32,970 nt of DNA, from assembly GCA_016927765.1 (NCBI GenBank), contig JAFGMB010000147.1:1-32970 (forward strand), written 5' to 3'. The notes under the pieces are model-generated. The model worked only from the letters and a program-made list of their open reading frames with translations, did not search any database and was not told the origin of the DNA. The stretch comes from Synergistales bacterium (GTDB taxonomy: Bacteria; Synergistota; Synergistia; Synergistales; JAFGMB01). The position numbers were made by a program, and so were the translations under genes. Shown piece after piece: positions 6,684-15,810 of the stretch; position 1 is the stretch's first letter, and the number at the start of each line of letters is the position of its first letter.

Positions 6684-8948
6684 ATGGCGTTCAGTGCAGA
6701 GTCTCTGAAAGGAATACTTGATAGGATACCTCATCTTTTCTGCCTTTTTACCCTTGATTTCCATTTGGTTTTTGTTAATGCCGCATATTGTCGTTACTGG
6801 GGAAAAACAGAAGAAGAACTCCTTGGGAAAAACTGGCTTGAGCTTATTCCCCCGGAAAGTCATGTGGCCATGGAAAAGGTCAGGGATAAACTTCTCCGGT
6901 CTGAGGGTTCTCTGACTTTTGTCTGTGAAACCGAGGAGCCCGGAAAAACAAAACATTCCCACAGGTGGACCCAAACCCTGATAAGCAATGTCGATGACGA
7001 AGCTATAGCGATACAGGCAGTGGGACATGATGTTACTGAGGAAAGAAAAGCACTCCTGAAACTTACGGAAAGCAGAAGGCTCTTCCATACCATCCTCGAG
7101 GATATGGGAGAGGGCATAGTCGTAATGGATGTCCATAGGAATATTACCTTCTGTAACCGGAAGATGACCCAGATGTTAAAACTCCCAGCGGATAAGATAA
7201 TAGGGCACAGTGTCCTGGAGTTTACTTCTGTCCCCCCAGAAAGCATTACTTCTTCCTTTTTTCTCGATCATCTTGATGGTTCCCTGAAGTACCAGACAGA
7301 CCTGTTCCTGCCCGATGGCAATATCCTTCCCGTATATATCTCCGGGACGGCCCTTAGAGACAAGGATGGCGAGTTTCTCGGAATTGCAGCCATTGTTGAG
7401 GATCTAAGCGACAGGTTGAAGGCCAGGGCAAGTGTTTCAAGAAGGGTGAAGCTGGAACAGCTCGCTTCGAGGATCTCCTTTTCCCTCAAGAATGGCGAAG
7501 ATGATCTTGACAGTACCATAGATGCTGCACTTGGCAGGATAGGTTCCTTTATCGGCAGCGACAGAGCCTACGTTTTCAGTTTCAACAGGGATTACACCAC
7601 AATGACGAACACCCATGAATGGTGTGCGGAGGGAATAACTCCAGAAAAAAAGAACCTCCAGGAGCTTTCCACTAAAAAATTCCCCTGGTGGATGGAAAAT
7701 CTCCAGAACAGGAACAGGATCATTATCAACGATGTCGAAAACATGCCGGAAGAGGCCTACCTTGAAAAGGAGATCATAAAAAGCCAGGGGATAAGATCGC
7801 TTTTGGTATTGCCTTATTACCTTGGGGAAGACCTGGGAGGATTCGTGGGACTGGACAAATGCAAAGACTCTTTTGCCTGGCACAAGGGAGATATAGCCCT
7901 ATTGCAGCTGGTTTCCCAGATGATAGGGGATGCCCTCCGTACGAAGATTTACAGGAAAGCCCTGGAGTATAGCGAAAAAAGATATCGCTCCATTGTAGAA
8001 AACCAGCAGGATTTTGTCCTGCGTTTCGACCCGGATCTGAAGGTGACCTTTGTTAACCAGGCCTTCAGCACTTTCATATGTAAAGATGCGGATAAATTGA
8101 AGGGAATGGACCTTACGGATTTCTGTGACACCTGTACACTGCTTTTCCTGAGGGAAGTGATCCCCTTTCTGAAGCCTGGGGAAGAGCCTGCGGTATATGA
8201 AGAGGGATTCCGTCCTTCCGGTTCCAGGGAGCAGAAAGATCTTGAATGGATGGTCAACGGCATATTTGATGACCAGGGAAATCTGATGGAGATCCAGGCG
8301 GTGGCCAGGGACATCTCTTTTCGCAGGAAAGCAGAAAGAGATCGGGAGGAGTTTGTTTCAAAGCTTAAAAATTCCCTTGAAAAGACCATAGGTATCATTT
8401 CTCATATGGTTGAGGTCAGGGATCCCTATACGGGGGGGCATCACGAAAGAGTGGCCCACCTTGCCCGGGCAATCGCTGACAAGCTCGGTCTTCCCGAAGA
8501 AGAAAGGGAATGCATATATTACGCAGCCCTTGTTCATGACATGGGGAAGATAAATGTTCCCAGTGAGATACTCAGCAAACCAGGCAAACTTGACCCCTTT
8601 GAATTCGAGCTTATCAAGGAGCATTCTGCCCTGGCCTACCAGGTCCTTCATAGGGGAGACCTTCCTTTGCCTCTTGATGAAATAATCCTTCAACATCATG
8701 AGCGTATGGATGGATCAGGATACCCTAATGGCCTTAAGGGAGAAGAGATCCTTCCGGGTGCCAGGATAATAGCTGTGGCTGATGTAGTGGAAGCCATGTG
8801 TTCCCACAGGCCTTACCGTCCGTCCAGGGGAATAGACCTGGCTCTTGAGGAGATAGATCAGAACAAGGGCATCCTTTACGATGAAAAAGTAGTCGATGCA
8901 TGCCTCGAACTTTTCAGGAAAGAAGGTTTCACTTTTCAGGATCTTTGA
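6684..8948 (+). CDS. Multi-sensor (PAS-PAS-GAF-PAS) HD-GYP c-di-GMP phosphodiesterase
   Basis: The C-terminal domain has HHERVAHL, ALVHDMGK and HHERMDGSGYPNGL (HD-GYP signature). The N-terminal ~550 aa shows PAS-like and GAF-like segment patterns. Confidence 0.9.
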   Translation: MAFSAESLKGILDRIPHLFCLFTLDFHLVFVNAAYCRYWGKTEEELLGKNWLELIPPESHVAMEKVRDKLLRSEGSLTFVCETEEPGKTKHSHRWTQTLISNVDDEAIAIQAVGHDVTEERKALLKLTESRRLFHTILEDMGEGIVVMDVHRNITFCNRKMTQMLKLPADKIIGHSVLEFTSVPPESITSSFFLDHLDGSLKYQTDLFLPDGNILPVYISGTALRDKDGEFLGIAAIVEDLSDRLKARASVSRRVKLEQLASRISFSLKNGEDDLDSTIDAALGRIGSFIGSDRAYVFSFNRDYTTMTNTHEWCAEGITPEKKNLQELSTKKFPWWMENLQNRNRIIINDVENMPEEAYLEKEIIKSQGIRSLLVLPYYLGEDLGGFVGLDKCKDSFAWHKGDIALLQLVSQMIGDALRTKIYRKALEYSEKRYRSIVENQQDFVLRFDPDLKVTFVNQAFSTFICKDADKLKGMDLTDFCDTCTLLFLREVIPFLKPGEEPAVYEEGFRPSGSREQKDLEWMVNGIFDDQGNLMEIQAVARDISFRRKAERDREEFVSKLKNSLEKTIGIISHMVEVRDPYTGGHHERVAHLARAIADKLGLPEEERECIYYAALVHDMGKINVPSEILSKPGKLDPFEFELIKEHSALAYQVLHRGDLPLPLDEIILQHHERMDGSGYPNGLKGEEILPGARIIAVADVVEAMCSHRPYRPSRGIDLALEEIDQNKGILYDEKVVDACLELFRKEGFTFQDL

Positions 8949-9068
8949 TGAAACAGATTTTCCTCTCTGGCCTTGGAATACCCATCGTTGCCTCAGGGCT
9001 GTCATTAGATCAATTCCCCTATCCGGGAGGTTAGTTCCCGAAGTATCAACTCTGACCGGGAGCAGTGC

Positions 9069-9094
9069 AAGGGTGGATTTCCAGTACCCTTTTT
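9069..9094 (+). terminator. Probable terminator of the GGDEF / HD-GYP operon
   Basis: AAGGGT ggatttccagt ACCCTT followed by TTTT, about 120 nt after the stop at 8948. Confidence 0.5.
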
Positions 9095-9204
9095 CGCGCT
9101 TCGGTCATATTTTGAAAATACTCCTTTTTAATGCTATGCTGTTATACCTTGAGTAGAAATATTCTTGACAAAATCCAATTTCCCCAAAAGGGAAGGTGAT
9201 GGTA

Positions 9205-10335
9205 ATGGCAAGAAAAAAAACTGATAACAGCCAGGATATGGGAGATAAGGCCCTTGATTACCTTGATAATATACGTTCCATAATTCACCAGGGCAGGGAA
9301 CAGGGTTTCATATCCGTACAGGATATTGAAAACCAGATACCCATAGAACTTTGGGAACCCCAGATCCTTGAGACCATTTATACAAACCTTGAGCAGCTCG
9401 ATATCGATGTAGTCGATACCAGAGTGGAAGAAGAGAAAGAAGATGCTCTACCTGAATCGGAATCTCTGTTGGAGGAGGATCTCGAGCTCGGCAAACTCGA
9501 GGATGTTTCTATAACTGACCATGTCAGGATGTATCTTAAGGAGATAGGAAAAACCCCTCTCCTTAAGGCGGCTGAGGAGATCGAGCTTGCCAAAAGAGTG
9601 GAACAGGGTGACGAAGCCGCCAAGGAACAGCTCATAAAAGCGAATCTCCGTCTTGTGGTCAGCGTGGCGAAGAAATACATGAATCGGGGCATGCACCTCC
9701 TGGATCTTATCCAGGAAGGCGGTCTGGGGCTTATGAAAGCGGTGGATAAATATGACTGGCGCAAGGGATTCAAGTTCAGTACCTATGCTACATGGTGGAT
9801 ACGCCAGGCCATAACCAGGGCAATAGCGGAACAGTCACGAACCATAAGGATACCTGTCCACATGGTGGAGACCATCAACAAGATGATCCGTACGTCCAGG
9901 AGGCTAATGCAACAGCTCGGAAGGGAGCCCACAGACGAGGAAATTGCCCAGGAGATGGAGATAGGGGCGGAAAAGGTGGAAGATATCAGGAAGGTCTCCC
10001 AGCTTCCCGTTTCCCTGGAGACTCCAGTTGGGGAAGAAGATGACGCCGAGCTGGGAGATTTCATCGAGGACAGGGAAGTCCCGACACCTGATGAAGCCGC
10101 ACTGGAGAACCTTCTGAAGGAGCATCTCCTGGAAGCTCTGGAAGGCCTGTCGGAAAAGGAGAGAAGTGTCCTCAAATATCGTTTCGGTCTTGGCGAGGAA
10201 ATTCCACATACCCTTGAGGAAGTGGGCAATATCTTTGGTGTCACCCGGGAAAGGATACGACAGATCGAATCAAAAGCCCTCAGGAAGCTCAGACATCCCA
10301 GCCGAAGCAAAAAACTCAGGGATTTTCTGGAGTAG
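9205..10335 (+). CDS. rpoD: Primary RNA polymerase sigma factor (sigma-70), compact form
   Basis: Region 2 ([41 protein letters not shown]), region 3 and region 4.2 ([30 protein letters not shown]). ATG 9205 is best spaced from the GGGAAGG RBS. GTG 9196 and ATG 9199 are alternative starts. Confidence 0.95.
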   Translation: MARKKTDNSQDMGDKALDYLDNIRSIIHQGREQGFISVQDIENQIPIELWEPQILETIYTNLEQLDIDVVDTRVEEEKEDALPESESLLEEDLELGKLEDVSITDHVRMYLKEIGKTPLLKAAEEIELAKRVEQGDEAAKEQLIKANLRLVVSVAKKYMNRGMHLLDLIQEGGLGLMKAVDKYDWRKGFKFSTYATWWIRQAITRAIAEQSRTIRIPVHMVETINKMIRTSRRLMQQLGREPTDEEIAQEMEIGAEKVEDIRKVSQLPVSLETPVGEEDDAELGDFIEDREVPTPDEAALENLLKEHLLEALEGLSEKERSVLKYRFGLGEEIPHTLEEVGNIFGVTRERIRQIESKALRKLRHPSRSKKLRDFLE

Positions 10336-10371
10336 GCTCCGGGAATACAAGCAAATTCAATAACCCATAAA

Positions 10372-10405
10372 AATATGAGGTTCTTTCAAGGCCTCATATT
10401 TTTTC
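10372..10405 (+). terminator. rpoD rho-independent terminator
   Basis: ATATGAGG ttctttcaagg CCTCATAT followed by TTTTT. Confidence 0.8.
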
Positions 10406-10558
10406 ATTCCTTTTTCCTTATAATATCCTGGAGGGGGAAAGTTCATGCTTTTCGAGTGTCCTCTGTTATAGTTAATCCGTAACTCTTCTGAGGAAATGGC
10501 TGAAGAGGAAAATGGAGACTGGAAGATCATATATTTCTTTTTTGGGGAGGTAATATGC

Positions 10559-12202
10559 ATGGATCTTAAAAATTCCGCGATGTACCTGGACCTGTTATCC
10601 CTGGTATCTATACCGAGCGTTTCTCCCAGTGTTAAAGAGAACGATGTAGTCCAATATATCTATGACAGGTTCATGGAACTGGATTATTTCAAAAAGAATC
10701 CCTGGGATCTCCAGGTGCTCCCATGCGACAAGGATCTGCTTGGGCGGAATATTGTATTTGCCATCGTAAGGGCCCAACCCTCCACTTCCAGTACCATAAT
10801 TCTCATGGGACACATGGATGTTATCAGTCCTGATGTATACGGCAAGTTGAAGGAATGGGCCTTTTCCCCCGAGGAACTCTCCAGGAGGATCGGCGAAGAG
10901 GATATTGACGAAAATGCCAGGGAAGATCTCGATAGCGGTGAGTGGATCTTCGGGAGAGGCGTGGCTGACATGAAGGCAGGTGTGGCTCTCTGTATGGACA
11001 AACTTCGGGAGGCGGCCAGAGATCCCTCTGCCCTCAAGGTCAATCTCGCAGTCCTTTTCGTTCCGGATGAAGAGAACAACTCTGGAGGCATGCTCGGTGC
11101 CGTACCCTACCTTGCGGAATACCAGGAAAAGGGACTCAGTTATCTGGCCTGTATAAATACGGAACCCACTTTTTCCATGGAACCCGATCCGGCACCGGCT
11201 GTTTATATCGGTTCTCTGGGTAAACTCAATACTTTTTTCTACTGCCTGGGTTCACAGAGCCATGTGGGGGAATATTACAGGGGTTTAAGTTCTGGGCTTC
11301 TTGCTTCACACATTAACCTCATGCTTGACGGCAATCCGGAATTCGCTGATTCTCATGGAGATGCATGGTATTCCCCCTACGGGTGTATAAAGATGAACGA
11401 TATGAGGGAGGAATACTCCGCCACCATCGTGAGCAGGGGGGTCTTTGCATATTCCTACCTGACGTCTTCCAAGAAACCCTCAGAGATCCTGGAAGACCTT
11501 GAGACGGTTGCCATGGAAGCCCAGAAGAACGCTCTGGACCATTACGAGAAGAATGCCCGTTCCTTTGCCATAAGAAGTGGAGCACAGAATATCCCCGTCG
11601 ATTGGGAACCCAGGGTAATGAGTTATGCCACCCTGGAAGAGAAAACGAGGGCACTTTACGGGGAAAGGTTCGACAAGTTCGTTGAATATGCTTTCAATAA
11701 ATGTGGTGACGAAGCTGACGAAAGAGATAAAGGCATCAGACTGGTCCATGAGATGACCATGGCCTTGGGAATGGAGGGCCCCATAGTGATCTACGGGCTT
11801 CTTCCGCCCTGGTATCCCCACAGGATCAATGAGGAGTTAGACAGGGGGGAGACGGTCATCAAAGCGGTTGCTACTGAGTTGGTCCAGAAGGCAAGGGAAG
11901 AATTCGGTCAGAATATGGAGATCCGTAAATTCTACGAAGGGGTCAGCGACTTGAGCTATTGTGGTTACACTGGCGGCAAGCAGGAACTGGATCTTTTCGG
12001 GAATAACTGTCCCGTGTGGAACAGGTTATATCACTTCCCCTCAGAGGATCTAGTGAAACTGAGGATCCCCATCATGAATCTCGGGCCAAGAGGGAAGGAC
12101 CTTCACAAGAGGACAGAGAGGATCCATCTGCCTTACTACATGGATATACTTCCCAAACTTATGGATCTGGCAATAAGCTGTATTTCAGCTCTTAATGAGT
12201 GA
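10559..12202 (+). CDS. M20-family metallopeptidase/amidohydrolase, RocB-like
   Basis: Motifs MGHMDVI, GRGVADMKAG and VPDEENNSGG. Length of about 547 aa is typical of RocB-type M20 proteins. A GGGGAGG RBS lies 8 nt before ATG 10559; the ORF-track start at 10496 is probably too early. Confidence 0.8.
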   Translation: MDLKNSAMYLDLLSLVSIPSVSPSVKENDVVQYIYDRFMELDYFKKNPWDLQVLPCDKDLLGRNIVFAIVRAQPSTSSTIILMGHMDVISPDVYGKLKEWAFSPEELSRRIGEEDIDENAREDLDSGEWIFGRGVADMKAGVALCMDKLREAARDPSALKVNLAVLFVPDEENNSGGMLGAVPYLAEYQEKGLSYLACINTEPTFSMEPDPAPAVYIGSLGKLNTFFYCLGSQSHVGEYYRGLSSGLLASHINLMLDGNPEFADSHGDAWYSPYGCIKMNDMREEYSATIVSRGVFAYSYLTSSKKPSEILEDLETVAMEAQKNALDHYEKNARSFAIRSGAQNIPVDWEPRVMSYATLEEKTRALYGERFDKFVEYAFNKCGDEADERDKGIRLVHEMTMALGMEGPIVIYGLLPPWYPHRINEELDRGETVIKAVATELVQKAREEFGQNMEIRKFYEGVSDLSYCGYTGGKQELDLFGNNCPVWNRLYHFPSEDLVKLRIPIMNLGPRGKDLHKRTERIHLPYYMDILPKLMDLAISCISALNE

Positions 12203-12287
12203 CTTTTTCTCAAGCTGAAAAAAGTAACACATCAGGGCCATTCTGCATGGTTCCCCCGTGATAATTTAATCAGAGAGGGGGAGAACC

Positions 12288-12764
12288 ATGCAGAAGACTC
12301 TTATCATAGAGGATATTAAGGATCACAGGGATTTCATTCCTATTCTGGCAGACTGGCATTTCAGGGAATTCGGGGAACTCAGCGGAGCGTCAAGTGAAGA
12401 AAAATATCGTGACCTGTTGATGCTCCACATAAGGGAAGATCTGATCCCTTCTACCTTTGTCGCCACAGGTGAAAAAGGTCTTATTGGTTCCGTCAGCCTG
12501 GTGACATGTGATATGCCCATCATGCCCCATCTGACACCTTGGATGGCCAGGCTTTACATTCATCCTCCCTTCAGGGAGCAGGGGTCTGGAAGCGAGCTTG
12601 TGGAGGCAGCTGTTCAGGCCTGTCAGAGCTCCTATCCCAGGCTGTATCTGTATACTTCAGGGGACCTTATCCGTTTCTATACCCGCCTGGGCTGGGAAAT
12701 TTTCGAGGAGGATGTATTTTATGGGGGATCCCCGCAGACCGTAATGGAATACGTGATACATTAG
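12288..12764 (+). CDS. GNAT-family N-acetyltransferase
   Basis: Acetyl-CoA motif A REQGSGSELVEAAV and a C-terminal FYTRLGWE. Strong GGGGGAG RBS. Confidence 0.8.
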   Translation: MQKTLIIEDIKDHRDFIPILADWHFREFGELSGASSEEKYRDLLMLHIREDLIPSTFVATGEKGLIGSVSLVTCDMPIMPHLTPWMARLYIHPPFREQGSGSELVEAAVQACQSSYPRLYLYTSGDLIRFYTRLGWEIFEEDVFYGGSPQTVMEYVIH

Positions 12765-12783
12765 AAAAAATGGAATATGAACC

Positions 12784-12810
12784 AAAGCCTGGCCATGGCC
12801 CGGCTTTTTT
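12784..12810 (+). terminator. Terminator after the GNAT gene
   Basis: AAGCCTGGCC atgg? GGCCCGGCTT region: a GC-rich hairpin (AGCC.GGCC / GGCC.GGCT) followed by TTTTTT. Confidence 0.6.
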
Positions 12811-12935
12811 CCCACCAGCCCATAGAATTTATCCCTTCCCTGGTCTAATAAGAAATCTCCATCCCCAGGATACATTGATCTATTATTCTCAGTAGTGATC
12901 ATTTATCTTATTCCCTTAAAAAGGAGGGATAGGTT

Positions 12936-13388
12936 ATGTTCAAGGACTTCAGGGAATTCGCTATCAGGGGGAATGCCGTAGATATGGCGGTGGGTATAGT
13001 TATCGGCGCCGCTTTCGGCACGATAATCAAATCTCTGGTGGAGGATATACTGATGCCCCCGATAAGCCTTATCACGGGAGGAGTGGATTTTTCAAACATG
13101 TTCCTGATCCTCAGGGAAGGGACTCCCCCGGCGCCTTACCTCACGCTGGCGGATGCCAAAGCCGCAGGGGCTGTTACTTTGAACCCGGGGCTTTTTATCA
13201 ATGCCCTGGTGAATTTTCTTATCGTGGCCTTTGCCCTGTTCATCGTGGTCAAGCAGGTCAACAGGCTGAGGAAACCTCTGGAAGCGCCTCCTGCGGCTGA
13301 AGTGAAACAATGTCCCTACTGTCTCAGTACCATCCCTGAGGGGGCTTCCAGGTGCGCTTTCTGCACTTCAGATCTCGCTGAAAAATGA
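12936..13388 (+). CDS. mscL: Large-conductance mechanosensitive channel MscL with a C-terminal CxxC...CxxC extension
   Basis: The N-terminus [31 protein letters not shown] is the canonical MscL signature. The C-terminus is [24 protein letters not shown]. Confidence 0.95.
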   Translation: MFKDFREFAIRGNAVDMAVGIVIGAAFGTIIKSLVEDILMPPISLITGGVDFSNMFLILREGTPPAPYLTLADAKAAGAVTLNPGLFINALVNFLIVAFALFIVVKQVNRLRKPLEAPPAAEVKQCPYCLSTIPEGASRCAFCTSDLAEK

Positions 13389-13403
13389 AGTCCCTTTATC
13401 AAA

Positions 13404-13448
13404 AGAGAGACCGGCCCGGGTTTGTCATGGGAGGCCGGTCTCTCTTTT
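13404..13448. terminator. Bidirectional terminator between convergent mscL and the dapB-like gene
   Basis: A 13-bp stem AGAGAGACCGGCC ... GGCCGGTCTCTCT, flanked by AAAA on the left and TTTT on the right. Confidence 0.8.
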
Positions 13449-13467
13449 GTTGAAATATTTGAGGAAG

Positions 13468-14265
13468 CTATCCTTCGAGCTCGGAGAGGCTTGTTATGAC
13501 TGTCCCTGGAGGGAATGTCCCGATCTTGTCAACGGCCATAAAAACTCCTGGCAGATATACCTCACTGGAGAAATCCTGGACAGTGATCCGGATCATTTCG
13601 TCTGGCCTGCCGAGAGTTATCTCATGTTCCGAGTAAGGGCCGGGATAAGGCATTCTCTGTGACAATATCTGGACCTGGCTCACCTTTCCGCCCAGTACAT
13701 GGGGGATCACTTCCCTGCTTTTCACGGGGCCTTTTTCCCCCTCTGAAGCATGTTCAGCAAGAGAAATTGCAGTCCCGCTGGGGGCATTTGCCATGTCCGC
13801 GTGATGTCGGTCAATAATGCTGACATAAGGGTAATGAGGGCGGATCTTTCTCAGAAAATCCATGACGAAGTTCATTCCCCTACCGAAGTTGGAGATAATA
13901 GCCCACCTGGTGCCGGCAGTTTCGGCCAGTTCCCGGGCCTCCGCCAGCATTTCCTCATTGAGTCCTGTAGTGCCTATAACTGCGTTTATTTTATTCCGGG
14001 CATATATCCTGAGATTGTCCATTATTATCCCGGCAGATGTAAAATCGATCACCATTTCCGGGCGGGCTTCATCAAGAGCATATTGCATGTCTGCGATGCA
14101 GTATAATCCACCAGGTTTCAAACCCGCAGCTGTGGCGATATCCTTACCCGTTTCTGAACAGAAACCTCCCACGAGCTCATAACTGCTGCCCTGCATTATG
14201 GCCTTCGTAACGCATGTCCCGACGTTTCCCGTTGCACCCGCAACGAAGATCTTCATTCTGCTCAT
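13468..14265 (-). CDS. DapB-family (4-hydroxy-tetrahydrodipicolinate reductase-like) NAD(P)-dependent oxidoreductase, divergent active site
   Basis: Rossmann motif KIFVAGATGNVG, then VIDFT, VIGTTG, and IIDRHHADMANAPSGTA aligning to the DapB motif E-x-HH-x-x-K-x-DAPSGTA, with K replaced by M and D by N. A GGAGG RBS lies 7 nt before ATG 14265. Confidence 0.75.
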   Translation of the reverse strand: MSRMKIFVAGATGNVGTCVTKAIMQGSSYELVGGFCSETGKDIATAAGLKPGGLYCIADMQYALDEARPEMVIDFTSAGIIMDNLRIYARNKINAVIGTTGLNEEMLAEARELAETAGTRWAIISNFGRGMNFVMDFLRKIRPHYPYVSIIDRHHADMANAPSGTAISLAEHASEGEKGPVKSREVIPHVLGGKVSQVQILSQRMPYPGPYSEHEITLGRPDEMIRITVQDFSSEVYLPGVFMAVDKIGTFPPGTVITSLSELEG

Positions 14266-14429
14266 GGCCGAACCTCCAGTAGAGTTAAAGAGATCATTAT
14301 CTTTCTTATTCATAATAACAGTTGCTCCCATAAATTGCATGCAGCCAGGCTTTCCTTGAAGATACTGCCACCTGGGTTCATAATGGAAAAGCCCTGTTCA
14401 GAAAGATCCATGGAGAGGAGAAGAGGCTC

Positions 14430-15050
14430 ATGGGAATTATCTACAGGAATGCAGTAAAGGAAGACGCTCCTGTAATGGCCAGGCTGGTGGAGATCGCTTC
14501 AGGAGGGTTCATCCATTTTCTGTTCCATGACCTGATACCCGGATCGAGTCCTCTTAAGATCGTTGAACATGGGCTTGGCTCTGATGAAGAGCCTTACACC
14601 TGGAGGAACGCCGTCGTAGCAGAGAGTCAGGGCAAGGTTATCGGCATTTCCCTTTCATACCCCTCAAGTTATCACAGGATCACTCCCGGGATGGAGGCAT
14701 TTATCCCTGCAGAAAGGCTGGATCATGTTAGAAAATACTACGATGCAAGGGTTGAAGACAGCTGGCTTATTGAATCACTGGCCCTATTTCCTGAATACCA
14801 TAACAGGGGGGTGGGCAGCAGATTGATAGACCTCACCCGAAAGAGGGCAAGGGAAAGAGGTTATCCTTCCTTGAGCCTCCTGGTATATACTGACAACGTT
14901 GCCGCTCAACGTCTTTACTTCAGACATGGTTTCCTGGTGGTGAGGCAGGTAGATTTGGGGTCTCATGAATACATACCCCATGAAGAGGGCTGTCTGTTGA
15001 TGAAATGCCCCCTTGAGAATACAGGAAAGATCCAGGTAAACCGTTGGTAA
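14430..15050 (+). CDS. GNAT-family acetyltransferase (paralog 1 of a tandem pair)
   Basis: Motif A HNRGVGSRLIDL. The N-terminus MGIIYRNAVKEDAP...ASGGFIHFLFHDLIPG is shared with the next gene. Confidence 0.8.
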   Translation: MGIIYRNAVKEDAPVMARLVEIASGGFIHFLFHDLIPGSSPLKIVEHGLGSDEEPYTWRNAVVAESQGKVIGISLSYPSSYHRITPGMEAFIPAERLDHVRKYYDARVEDSWLIESLALFPEYHNRGVGSRLIDLTRKRARERGYPSLSLLVYTDNVAAQRLYFRHGFLVVRQVDLGSHEYIPHEEGCLLMKCPLENTGKIQVNRW

Positions 15051-15130
15051 CATGCAAACAGAGCATAGCTCTTTCACCTTACAAATAGAATATTGGTTCG
15101 AAAATCTAAAATTCGGTGGTGGATAGACCA

Positions 15131-15727
15131 ATGAGCATAATATATCGAAATGCCAGACCTGAAGATTGCCCCAAAATAGCGGAACTCATAGATCTTGCCT
15201 CGGGAGGTATCATTGAGTTCCTTTATCATGACCTTTTCCCTGGACTGCGACCGGTAGAAGTTCTTTCAAGGGGACTGGAAATGGGCCGTTACCCATATAA
15301 TTACACTACAACCATCGTGGCCGAGGTAAATGGTGAGGTTGCAGGCATCTCTCAATCCTATCCTTCCCGTTATCACCTTATTACAGAAAAGATCAGGGAA
15401 TCCTTCCCTTCGGACCGTGTTGCCCATCTCGAAGATTTCTTTGAAGCCAGAGTGGATAACAGCTGGTTCCTTGAATCTCTCGGTGTTTTCCCTGCCTGGC
15501 AGGGAAAGGGAATAGGAAGCCGGCTCCTGGAAATGACCATGGAGAAAGCCACGGAGGAGGGTTACCCTTCCATCTGTCTGCTGGTTTTCGCGGACAATCA
15601 GGATGCAATTCGACTGTACAGGAGAAAGGGTTTTGAAGAGGATAGAAAAGTGAGGGTTCATCGCAACAAACTTATTCCTCACACCGGCGGCTGTATTCTC
15701 ATGAAAAGCCAACTCAAACCGAAATAG
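15131..15727 (+). CDS. GNAT-family acetyltransferase (paralog 2)
   Basis: MSIIYRNARPEDCP...ASGGIIEFLYHDLFPG and QGKGIGSRLLEM. It is co-linear with the upstream paralog over the full length, roughly 45% identical by eye. Confidence 0.8.
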   Translation: MSIIYRNARPEDCPKIAELIDLASGGIIEFLYHDLFPGLRPVEVLSRGLEMGRYPYNYTTTIVAEVNGEVAGISQSYPSRYHLITEKIRESFPSDRVAHLEDFFEARVDNSWFLESLGVFPAWQGKGIGSRLLEMTMEKATEEGYPSICLLVFADNQDAIRLYRRKGFEEDRKVRVHRNKLIPHTGGCILMKSQLKPK

Positions 15728-15780
15728 GGTCCCCGTCTTTCCTCGCGACTTAAAGGTCCTGATGTGATAAGAGAAGAAAA

Positions 15781-15810
15781 GAGGGATCTTTGTTTCAGGA
15801 AAGATCCCTC
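15781..15810. terminator. Bidirectional hairpin between GNAT-2 and the convergent SHOCT gene
   Basis: GAGGGATCTTT gtttcagg AAAGATCCCTC with A-rich and T-rich flanks. It overlaps the last codons of the minus-strand gene. Confidence 0.6.

Noticed and set aside
9165-9195. TTGACA at 9165-9170 as the rpoD promoter -35 element.
   Set aside because: No acceptable -10 hexamer follows at 16-18 nt (AAGGGA), and the start codon is only about 35 nt away. A weaker TTGAAA-17-TATGCT at about 9111-9139 is possible, but I cannot support either.
9783-10310. 175-aa minus-strand ORF (and 9378..9773, 9904..10209) antisense to rpoD.
   Set aside because: They lie entirely inside the strongly supported rpoD CDS. 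The products are Ser/Arg-rich and low-complexity, as is typical of antisense frames of GA-rich coding sequence. There is no RBS.
10496-10558. Longer N-termini suggested by the ORF track for several genes: 10496, 1315, 6015, 14340, 16169, 24039, 27059, 28161 and 22651.
   Set aside because: In each case an internal ATG with a well-spaced Shine-Dalgarno sequence coincides with the start of family-conserved sequence. The extensions are non-conserved or overlap neighbouring genes.
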